Positions 16,878 through 25,607 of a stretch of DNA of 64,000 bases are shown here, piece by piece. The stretch lies in the NCBI GenBank assembly GCA_050173015.1, contig JBFXLE010000009.1, positions 103,861 through 167,860 of the forward strand, given 5' to 3'. The position numbers and the translations under genes were made by a program. The notes under the pieces are model-generated. The model worked only from the letters and a program-made list of their open reading frames with translations, was not told the DNA's origin and ran no database searches. The DNA is from Calditrichaceae bacterium. Lineage in GTDB: Bacteria > Calditrichota > Calditrichia > Calditrichales > JBFXGD01. Each line of letters begins with the position of its first letter. Positions within the stretch are counted from its first letter, which is position 1.

Positions 16878-19800
16878 ATGAATGAAGAAATAGTATCAGC
16901 AAGTGGAGAAAGAGCAGCAATGGGAGGCTATTTGCCTCAATTTGATGAGTTCGCTTGGTTTGTCTATTTGAATCTAATAAATAAAAAGCTTGAATGGATA
17001 CGAATAGCAGACTCCAAGGCTGAAAAACTAGATGATATACAGTATTCTACTCATTCAGAAATTCATGCATACCAAGTAAAATGGACTATCGCTGATGCAA
17101 ATATATCATTTGCAAATTTTACGGATTTGTTTCCTCTTATCACCTCTAGTTGGAAGAGTTTAAAAACAGCTAATCCTAGCAAAAAAATAATTCCTCATTT
17201 AATCACTAACAAACCTATTTCCTCCCACGACAGCTTAAAGGTAGGCGATACAAAAATCGGTTCATTTCAAGACTTCGTCTCAGAAGTTTGGGTAAAGCTA
17301 AAATCAAATCAATCAATTGATGATAAGTGGAAACAAGTTCTTGAGGAACTCAAAAAGAGTTCAAAACTCAATGATTCTGAATTTGGAGAATTTATCATCT
17401 CTTTTGATTTTCAACCAGACTATAAACAAAAACAGTTTAGTATAGGAAATATTAAATACTCTAAAGAAGACGAAGACCTTCAACAGATCAGTCGATATAT
17501 AGTACAAAAAGTTGCTAGCCCGAAAAGAGTCGTTGAATTTACTCGCCAAGAAATTATTAAAGAATTAGGTTGGTCTGATAGATTTAAAACAATTTTTAAT
17601 CACGAGTTAATAGTCGATAGACAAAGATACCAGCCGATTCAATCGACAATTGACCTGTTAAATTCAAAGTTAGAGGAGCATAAAAATGGATACCTGTTTT
17701 TGCTAGGTGGCCCAGGTTCTGGAAAATCTACCTTATTGAATCAATGGTCAAAAGGCCTTAAAACACGAATAATACGATACTACGCCTTTGATTTCGTTAA
17801 TCCATCTTCACACTTAAACTTTTATGAAAGAGGAAATGCTACCCATCTTTTTTTCGATTTAGTTTTTCAATTAAAGGAAGCTGGAATATATAAAAGAGAC
17901 ATTCTTCCATATAAAGACTTACTTTTTCTAAAAGATGTATTCAATGAGCAATTAAGTGCAATTGGAGAGGACTTTGTGACAAATGGTCAATCGACCATAA
18001 TATTGATTGATGGTCTAGATCATGTTCCTAGGGAATACAAATCAACAACTAATAGTTTCCTACGAGAACTTCCTTTACCATCTTCTCTCCCAAACGGGGT
18101 CTTCATCATTTTAGGTAGTCAATCTTATGAACTTGAAGACATTCAACAGGAAATTAAAACTGAATTTCAGAAAGGAAATAGAACCATTCAAATTGATCCA
18201 CTTAAAAAGGAGGAAGTATACAAGTACATTGATAATCTTGATACTTCAATTCAACTTAATGGTTCTCAAAAGCTGCAAATATTTGAGAAATCAGAAGGAC
18301 ACCCGTTATACCTGTCATACTTAATTGAAAAAATCAATAACGCAGATTCTATTAACGATACAATCGAATCTTTTGAAGTTATTGATGGTAGTATTGATAA
18401 TTATTACAAAAAAATATGGGAGCCTATCCAGAAAGAAGATAGCCAAATTCAATTCTTAGGTTTAATTGCGAGAATTAATGGTTTGATCAAACTTCAGTTC
18501 ATTCAGGAATGGGACTTCCAACCGAGTGTTTTAAAGTCCTTTCGTGAAAAGGCCAGATTTCTGTTTAATGAAACCGAAAAAACTTTGTCTTTCTTTCATA
18601 ATTCGTTCAAGCAATTCCTTCTTCATCATACCTCTTTAAATTACTTAACAGATGAGTTTGATCCGACAATTAACGTCAATTATCATAGTCAACTTACTGA
18701 TTATTATGTAAAATCAGAGATTGAAAAATCCTGGAAACAGAATCATCACCTATTTCAGGCTAAACAATATGATAAGTTTATTTCAGAAGTTACCCCAAAT
18801 AGTATTACTGAACAGTTACTTAACTTCAGACCAGCAGAAGAAATTAAGCAGGATGCAAAATTGGGAGTTGAAATAGCAAGACAGAATAAGGACATTAATA
18901 CTCTGGTAAGATATCTGTTTTCATTAGCAGAAATTGAAAGAAGATTATTCAATATTGATCCCACATCCTTTATAGAAGAACTTTTGTACCTAAATAAATA
19001 CGACTTAGCAAGGGATTATCTAAGAACTGGCAACACCCTCCATTGTAGCGAATCGTACGCATTTAAAGCATGTCGATTGTTTATTGAATCTGGGCACAAA
19101 TCAGAAGGAGCAACTTTATACAATTTGGCTTATCCAGAAATCATTACAGATTCCGGGATACATATTGATGATTCTCACAGATATGAAGAAATAAGAGATT
19201 CTTTAGAAGAATGGATTTATACTTCTCCCTATTTTGAAGCAACCGAGAATATTTTCTCAATAATTGAGAAAATTCAATTCTCAGGTAGCATACGGAAAAA
19301 CAGGTTTGAAGAAGAAGAATCTGATTTACTTTTAAGGTTACTCTCTAATCTTGGTTATAGTTTAGTGGATCAAAACAAGTGGGATGATTTTAATAAAGTC
19401 ATAGAAAAAATAGATTCGAGGTCTTCAAGAGGAAGGAATTCTCTTTTCCAACTTATAAAGTACGCTATCGAGCAATGCCTTGACTTAAAAGATAGTAGTC
19501 GAGTGAATGAATATCTGTCATTTTTAACCACTCATTTCACAAAAGAGAAGACAAAATCCATTGGCAAAATATTCATTGCAGATTTAGTCTATAAAGTCAC
19601 TAGAGACCTAAATGAAACATATAGTTGGATTAAGGAAGTTGAGCAACCATCTAATGTGGGTAAAGACCAGCTAGGATATGATGATTCGTTAGACGCCTTT
19701 CTTCCATTAATCAAACTTAACAAGTTACTTAACCTATGTGGAAAAGGAGTTTCGATTACGTCTGCAATTCCATCTGTTGCGAAAGGTACTGATGAAGAAG

Positions 19801-22800
19801 TTTTAGTGGAGTTTGAACGAATGTTATGTATTACCACTCAAATTCTAGCCGAGGGCATTCTTCAAACACCAATGCCAGGTGATCCTATTAAAAGAGTATT
19901 TCCAATTGTTCGGTTTTATTACAAAGAAATATCCCACCGAAACAGCTATTGGTATAAGCTGACACAAGCAAAAGGCCAATATTATGATTTTTTGATTTCG
20001 GCGGTGTCTGAATTGGGTACTGAAAAATTAGAATTATTAGGAGATTATTTGTTCAGTGAGTTTAAGAATATTCCAAAATATTGGAGTACAAGTGTCCAGC
20101 GGAAAATCATTAAATCCCTCTTGAATAAAGGGTTTAATGCTAAAAAAGCAGTAATAAAGTTGAGATCCATAGAGGATTCCATGTTGGAAGGTCACGATAT
20201 AGATGGCCGTATAACCGAATGCTTGGCCCACTCAAAAGTATGGTTCATTTTAGGCAAGCTAGATGAAGGTGAAATATGGCTCAAACAGGCTATTCAAGAA
20301 TCTATTGGAGTAGGATATAGAAAAGATTATCAATTTAGTACATGGATTGAATGGTTAAGAAAAATAAACCATAAAGACCCATCAAAAGCTACTGAAAGAA
20401 TAAAGTGGTTCTTATCTCATTTAAAACATATTAAAGAAACCACGGAGGGAAGGGCTTATTGGAATGCTTCTGAAGAATTATTAGAAGTCGCATATGAACA
20501 CAATCTGGAAGATGGCTTAGAGCAGGCTATTTGGCAATTAAAGAACGATCTAATAGACTTTAAAGATTCAATTGCTCTTTTCATAAAATATTTTATGATA
20601 AAAACAAAAAGTAAAGAAGAGTTCAAAAGTATTGTTCAACTATATAGTGATTTATATCTGCTTCTTGCTGAATCTGCCAATTCTTCCCTGCTCAAATCTA
20701 TCTTAGAAAAAGGGCATGAAATTTTAAAAGAAGATTTTTTAGTAGAACATGCTCAAGCCATTATTTCGGCAATAGAAATTAAAGCTTACGAAGAAACCAG
20801 ACATTACTTACTATCTGAAATTGATAACTTCTATACATCAAAAGGGCTAAAAGCAGAAGACTATTATTCACGGTTTAATATACCGGCAAAAAGCGAAAGA
20901 AATAGTTCATCAACATCTTCTAACACATTGACTTTAAAGACAGATCATGAAAAGATTGATGAAAGTGAAGTACTAAAACGAGTTACAAATTTTGAAGATT
21001 TCAAAAAAATCATTCAAGAAGAAGATCAGGCAAATTCATTTTTTAATTGGTCAAAGGTTATAGATAAAATAGCTCCATTATTGTCTTCAAGTCAAATTGA
21101 AGAAATCACCAAACTGGCTAGAATAGGAAGGAGAGAGTCAGATTTCTATGCTAAATTAAGTGAGGCTGCCTTGGAGCTAGAAAACACAGAACTCGCAACT
21201 AGTTTAGCCAATAAAAGTATTGAGTTATCGAGCGAATCGGGGTGGGTAAAATATTATGATGGAGGAACAAGAATCAATGCATTTAATGCACTAAAACGAA
21301 TCAATCCTGCAATATCATCTAATAAGGCATTTGAAGTATTTGCTCATGATATAGTAACCAGTAATTATCCAAGTTCATATATCGAACATCTTGAAGACAT
21401 CGTTCCACTTTTAACAGAAAATTATGTTGAGGAAGAGCTTTGGCATGAAATATATGGTTACCTGCAAAGACTGATGTCGAATAGTAAACCGGTTGAGGAT
21501 TTACCTGTTCTTCCATCATTAAATCGTCCAATCATAGAAACCTTAGTCGATTATATGGTGTATTTATCACAGAGTCCCGTCTCAATAATAAAGGAGCAAT
21601 CTTTACAGCTATTGGCAAAATATATAAATCAAGATAATGACTATGCTTTGACTCAATTACTGAATGGACGTTTAGATGATTACTCAAGTATGAACGTGAT
21701 GATGAAATTAACTGCGTTCAACTCCCCCAAAGTCCATTTGCTTAAATCAAAGATCAATAGTTTAGCTATATCAAATGACTATCAATTAAGAGAAAGCTCA
21801 AAACAAATACTTTCCTCAATTCAAGAAGAAATTCCAACTCCCAAAAACATCGAATTATCTAAAGTATACTCTTTCCATATTCCAGAAACTGAAAAACCAG
21901 ATTTTAGAAAAGAGATTGACCCTTATTTCCCAGAAGTTGATACTAATGACCCCCGTGATCTGATACGACCATTTGAATTTTTAATCAAAATCTTATCTGA
22001 GGAGTCTGGGATTAATGAATCTAACCTTATATATAGAGCCTACTCGATCATGAAAGAAATTGGTCGAGAGGAGGAATGGTCCGTTGAGTATGAAAAAAAG
22101 CTTAGAAATCATTTAGAAGAAATTTACCTAAGATACTCTTACCCTAGACCAAGGGTAATTGCGGCTCGAAGAGCCATAATGCATGTCACCAATGAATTAA
22201 TAGATTCTGGAACAATTGATGATGAGCGAATTCAGAAACCTTTTATATCACATGATTATGCGGTTCTGTTTTTTAATGAAATAGCAAAACCTGAATTCAT
22301 TCAAACTATTAAAGAGAGAGATTTTGGAGGAGTTGGCAATGATTGGTTAGATCGAATAGGTGAATCAGAAAGATTAAACGAATCAATATTAGACTATAAT
22401 GATAACTTCAAGATTATTGCAGAATATAATCAAGTTAAAAATTTAGATTGGGGTTCTCCTACTGAAGAATACATGTACCAAATTGCGGTTAATGAGGAGT
22501 TGGATGAAGAAGATAATTACATTTTTGGCTCTGTTTTTCACCAATTAAGCAGTAACTATCATGATTTGAGAAGTGGTGGACATTTTATTGTTGTAGTCAG
22601 GGATCATAGATTTGACCAATTTGATCTGAAATCTAAGTGGATTGCAATTAACCCTGTTTTGGCTAGATACTTAGGATGGGAGCCTGAAACAACCAAATTA
22701 TTTGCTTGGAAAAACTCGCAAGGTGAATTGATGGCGGAATCAATTTATTGGTCAAATGGAAATATTAACATGACACCTCGTAAGGATGGAGAAGTCGGGG

Positions 22801-22949
22801 AAGGGTGGTTTGTTATTGTTTCCAAAGATGGATTAGAGAAGATAAAATCTATCGAGAAGAAATTGTTTCTGCAAAAGAAATTAACAAGATCTAAATTTGA
22901 AGATTCAGTTCTAATGAATAATCAAGCAATTAGTGTGACAAAAATTTGA
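16878..22949 (+). CDS. Large nuclease-STAND NTPase, Avs (AVAST)-like anti-phage protein (cassette 7)
   Basis: N-terminal GERAAMGGYxxQ..LDD..YQVK (Cap4/PD-(D/E)XK-like); GGPGSGKST Walker A; ILIDGLDH Walker B; long helical C-terminal region. ATG 16878 preferred. Confidence 0.75.
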   Translation: MNEEIVSASGERAAMGGYLPQFDEFAWFVYLNLINKKLEWIRIADSKAEKLDDIQYSTHSEIHAYQVKWTIADANISFANFTDLFPLITSSWKSLKTANPSKKIIPHLITNKPISSHDSLKVGDTKIGSFQDFVSEVWVKLKSNQSIDDKWKQVLEELKKSSKLNDSEFGEFIISFDFQPDYKQKQFSIGNIKYSKEDEDLQQISRYIVQKVASPKRVVEFTRQEIIKELGWSDRFKTIFNHELIVDRQRYQPIQSTIDLLNSKLEEHKNGYLFLLGGPGSGKSTLLNQWSKGLKTRIIRYYAFDFVNPSSHLNFYERGNATHLFFDLVFQLKEAGIYKRDILPYKDLLFLKDVFNEQLSAIGEDFVTNGQSTIILIDGLDHVPREYKSTTNSFLRELPLPSSLPNGVFIILGSQSYELEDIQQEIKTEFQKGNRTIQIDPLKKEEVYKYIDNLDTSIQLNGSQKLQIFEKSEGHPLYLSYLIEKINNADSINDTIESFEVIDGSIDNYYKKIWEPIQKEDSQIQFLGLIARINGLIKLQFIQEWDFQPSVLKSFREKARFLFNETEKTLSFFHNSFKQFLLHHTSLNYLTDEFDPTINVNYHSQLTDYYVKSEIEKSWKQNHHLFQAKQYDKFISEVTPNSITEQLLNFRPAEEIKQDAKLGVEIARQNKDINTLVRYLFSLAEIERRLFNIDPTSFIEELLYLNKYDLARDYLRTGNTLHCSESYAFKACRLFIESGHKSEGATLYNLAYPEIITDSGIHIDDSHRYEEIRDSLEEWIYTSPYFEATENIFSIIEKIQFSGSIRKNRFEEEESDLLLRLLSNLGYSLVDQNKWDDFNKVIEKIDSRSSRGRNSLFQLIKYAIEQCLDLKDSSRVNEYLSFLTTHFTKEKTKSIGKIFIADLVYKVTRDLNETYSWIKEVEQPSNVGKDQLGYDDSLDAFLPLIKLNKLLNLCGKGVSITSAIPSVAKGTDEEVLVEFERMLCITTQILAEGILQTPMPGDPIKRVFPIVRFYYKEISHRNSYWYKLTQAKGQYYDFLISAVSELGTEKLELLGDYLFSEFKNIPKYWSTSVQRKIIKSLLNKGFNAKKAVIKLRSIEDSMLEGHDIDGRITECLAHSKVWFILGKLDEGEIWLKQAIQESIGVGYRKDYQFSTWIEWLRKINHKDPSKATERIKWFLSHLKHIKETTEGRAYWNASEELLEVAYEHNLEDGLEQAIWQLKNDLIDFKDSIALFIKYFMIKTKSKEEFKSIVQLYSDLYLLLAESANSSLLKSILEKGHEILKEDFLVEHAQAIISAIEIKAYEETRHYLLSEIDNFYTSKGLKAEDYYSRFNIPAKSERNSSSTSSNTLTLKTDHEKIDESEVLKRVTNFEDFKKIIQEEDQANSFFNWSKVIDKIAPLLSSSQIEEITKLARIGRRESDFYAKLSEAALELENTELATSLANKSIELSSESGWVKYYDGGTRINAFNALKRINPAISSNKAFEVFAHDIVTSNYPSSYIEHLEDIVPLLTENYVEEELWHEIYGYLQRLMSNSKPVEDLPVLPSLNRPIIETLVDYMVYLSQSPVSIIKEQSLQLLAKYINQDNDYALTQLLNGRLDDYSSMNVMMKLTAFNSPKVHLLKSKINSLAISNDYQLRESSKQILSSIQEEIPTPKNIELSKVYSFHIPETEKPDFRKEIDPYFPEVDTNDPRDLIRPFEFLIKILSEESGINESNLIYRAYSIMKEIGREEEWSVEYEKKLRNHLEEIYLRYSYPRPRVIAARRAIMHVTNELIDSGTIDDERIQKPFISHDYAVLFFNEIAKPEFIQTIKERDFGGVGNDWLDRIGESERLNESILDYNDNFKIIAEYNQVKNLDWGSPTEEYMYQIAVNEELDEEDNYIFGSVFHQLSSNYHDLRSGGHFIVVVRDHRFDQFDLKSKWIAINPVLARYLGWEPETTKLFAWKNSQGELMAESIYWSNGNINMTPRKDGEVGEGWFVIVSKDGLEKIKSIEKKLFLQKKLTRSKFEDSVLMNNQAISVTKI

Positions 22950-22964
22950 CCATGAATCCAAACG

Positions 22965-23050
22965 CTCGCATCCATACACATTGGCAAATCGCACAGGACA
23001 GCCACACCAGCCAAAATTTGCCAAAGAGTATGGCTGCACCAACGCCGCCA
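22965..23050 (+). repeat. ACA/AGA hairpin element E4
   Basis: CCATAC-ACA-TTGGCAAAT...ATTTGCCAA-AGA-GTATGG. Confidence 0.7.
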
Positions 23051-23072
23051 GAAAAGAAAATGAAAAAGCACG

Positions 23073-23199
23073 GGCATACAACAATGTGTATAATTCATAA
23101 GGGTTTCAGCGGATTGCAAGCCGTATCACCCGCATCAAATTCGGGTGGTAACTTGATAAGTAAAAAGTTCGCAATCCCTTACGAATCATAGTTAGCTCC
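23073..23199 (+). repeat. attC-like site 7 (right spacer deleted)
   Basis: GGCATACAAC is the reverse complement of GTTGTATGCC at 16750; CATA directly abuts GTT at 23191 (8-9 nt spacer in the other sites). Confidence 0.8.
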
Positions 23200-23257
23200 A
23201 AGGCTAAAAAATAGAAACAAAAAGAATAAAATGTTTGCCAAAAGAATAGAAATAAAA

Positions 23258-23345
23258 GCCACCGCACAGTAAGCACATTTGCAATTCGCGCGAGCCGGCG
23301 CGAAAACCAAAAATTGCAAAAGATTGCAATCTTGCCGGCGCGTGA
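23258..23345 (+). repeat. ACA/AGA hairpin element E5 in the terminal, gene-less cassette stub
   Basis: GC-ACA-TTTGCAATTCGCGCGAGCC...AATTGCAAA-AGA, close to E2. Confidence 0.65.
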
Positions 23346-23711
23346 CTGAATACGAATAGAAAACTATATAATTTGGAATTGAACTAATGAAATTATCACC
23401 CGCGCGATTAGAGAACTTGATCCCGGAATTTATCGGATATCTTATCCGTTAAGTATAAATAATATCGAAATTATAACTGTACGACATAACACTTTTATCA
23501 GAAACAGATCCTAAAAAATAAATCAAAGGCGATACAACAACACAATCAAGGTAACAAAAAAGCGGTTACTGTAGATTGTCTCCCTATTATTACACACCGT
23601 GGTAGATCATCAGAAACCCGACAAGCGCCGGACGCCGGTTTTTTGCGCCAAAACGTGGAGGTGATACCTTATGCAAAAAACGATTTTAAAAAATAGTACA
23701 GGATTTAAACT

Positions 23712-25109
23712 ATGATAAAAACGATCATTTTTCTCATCGCCATAAGTATTGCATCGCAACTCAATGCTCAAAGCAAAGAATCTCTTTCTCCAATAATATT
23801 TATTTATGATGCCAGTGGCTCTATGTGGGGTCGGATACAAGGCGAAACAAAAATGGAGATTGGCGCTGATGTCTTATCTGCCGCTGTAAATAGCCTTCCC
23901 GATAATCAAAAAACAGGATTTGTCGTCTACGGTCACCGTAAGGAGGGTGATTGCGCCGATGTGGAGTTTCTGGTTGATGTTGAAAGTGGAACAAAAGCTG
24001 ATGTTATTCAAGCGGTTAAGGGGATAAAGCCGCTCGGAAAAACGCCTTTGGCATATTCCGCTTTACAGGTGATGAATAGAATGCGTCAAACCAAATTTAA
24101 AGCAACCATTATATTAATTACTGATGGAATAGAATCTTGTGACGGAGATATTTGTGATGTGATACAAGCTGCTAAAAAAGAAGGTATTGATTTTAAACTT
24201 CATATAGTTGGGTTTGGTTTAAAAGACGCAGATACCCGGCAATTAAAATGCGCTGCCGACGCGGGAGGCGGAAATTATTATAACGCGGAAGATGCCGGTG
24301 GTTTAGGTGATGTTTTAGGTGAAGCGTCTAGTATGACTGTTGACGAGCCGAAAGGAAATTTTTCGGTATTTGCCGGAAAAAATGGTGTGGCTATAGATGC
24401 CTGGGTAAAAGCCTTTGATATTGTAAGCAAACGAAAGCCGGTCATGGTTCGAACCTACCAGGATACCGCCTATTTTTATTTACCTCCCGGTACATACAAT
24501 TTTGAAGTGGTCCCTTTGGAGGGGAGTGATATGGATATGATAACCGTTTCTAACATTGAAAGTTTTGAAAATAAAATGACGCATCAAACCATTTCTTTCG
24601 ATGGAGGAAAACTTGGTATTACCACAACCAACAATGGAAAAAACTGGGATTGTATCGTGAAATTAATCGACCAAAAAGGAAAGGTCGCCGCGTCAGTTCG
24701 AACCTACTCCGCGCCAAAAGAAGTGGAAGTAAATCCAGGCTCTTATAAAGTTTCCATTCAGGCATTAGCTATGGAAGGAATAAATACCTATACAGAATTA
24801 GAAAATAATGTTATCCGGGCTGGCGGTATGACACCGGTTTCGTATGATTTCAAAACCGGTAATTTTGAAATATTTACAAAAGCAGGTAATGAAAATATAG
24901 ACGCTGCTGTCTCCTTAAAAGAAATGATTTCCGGTAAAAGCGTCGCCGGGTCACGTACCTACACGAAAGGGGCAAAATTTCTGCTCAATCCCGGCACATA
25001 TGAAGTAAAAGTTGTGCCGCTGGGATCTCATAAGGGTAAAGACGCTCAAATATTTACTATACAGGTAAAACAAGGTGAACTTACCACTAAAGAAGTGAAA
25101 TTTTTCTGA
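23712..25109 (+). CDS. Secreted von Willebrand factor A domain protein
   Basis: Signal peptide; DASGSM MIDAS, TPL, ITDGIESC; repeated beta-rich C-terminal modules. Confidence 0.85.
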   Translation: MIKTIIFLIAISIASQLNAQSKESLSPIIFIYDASGSMWGRIQGETKMEIGADVLSAAVNSLPDNQKTGFVVYGHRKEGDCADVEFLVDVESGTKADVIQAVKGIKPLGKTPLAYSALQVMNRMRQTKFKATIILITDGIESCDGDICDVIQAAKKEGIDFKLHIVGFGLKDADTRQLKCAADAGGGNYYNAEDAGGLGDVLGEASSMTVDEPKGNFSVFAGKNGVAIDAWVKAFDIVSKRKPVMVRTYQDTAYFYLPPGTYNFEVVPLEGSDMDMITVSNIESFENKMTHQTISFDGGKLGITTTNNGKNWDCIVKLIDQKGKVAASVRTYSAPKEVEVNPGSYKVSIQALAMEGINTYTELENNVIRAGGMTPVSYDFKTGNFEIFTKAGNENIDAAVSLKEMISGKSVAGSRTYTKGAKFLLNPGTYEVKVVPLGSHKGKDAQIFTIQVKQGELTTKEVKFF

Positions 25110-25531
25110 TGAAAAAAGGATTTAAACCAGCCGGTATTGCCTTTTATTTTTTAACGCTTATTGTATTTTTTATTATTGGGATTTACATAGCGGGATTTGT
25201 CGGAGCAGGAAAGAATCAAATGTTAGCCGGGGGAGCCATCGTTGTAGGATGGGGAGTTTTATTTGCCGCTATTGCCTTTTTTGCTTCTTTCTTTATCGCT
25301 TATTATGCGCAGCACAGGAACATCGTACGCCTTAATTGGATATTATTAGTGTTGTTAGTGATTCTCTACGGAATTACTCAGTATCGTTATATCGAACGTC
25401 AAAAAGAAAAGAAAAATGAGGAGATCAGGAAAGAACAGCCCCAAAAGAAAACGACAAAGTCTGTTCCTGTGGAGCCATCTTCAATGACCTATGAAAAAAT
25501 TGCATTGAAAAAGAGTCCCATTGAAATATAG
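25109..25531 (+). CDS. Small membrane protein
   Basis: Three TM helices and a charged tail; overlaps the vWA stop. Confidence 0.65.
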   Translation: MKKGFKPAGIAFYFLTLIVFFIIGIYIAGFVGAGKNQMLAGGAIVVGWGVLFAAIAFFASFFIAYYAQHRNIVRLNWILLVLLVILYGITQYRYIERQKEKKNEEIRKEQPQKKTTKSVPVEPSSMTYEKIALKKSPIEI

Positions 25532-25607
25532 CCCGAAGCATTTCAGGTTTGAGATTCAATAATGGGAATTGGTTTCTTTAGCCAACAATTATTTGAACAT
25601 TCCAGTT

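Larger units (their letters stand above)
1870..23350 (+). mobile_element. Integron-like gene-cassette array / defence island (7 cassettes, 3 blocks, no intact integrase)
   Basis: Self-complementary cassette ends, recurring attC-like hairpins, three integrase remnants, all genes co-oriented, visibly AT-rich. Confidence 0.85.

Noticed and set aside
1870-23350. CRISPR array interpretation of the recurring repeats
   Set aside because: Repeats are long, divergent and separated by whole genes; there are no uniform short spacers and no cas genes.
23712-25531. vWA and membrane genes as an eighth cassette
   Set aside because: No GGAGCTAAC inverse core or attC-like hairpin was seen after them.
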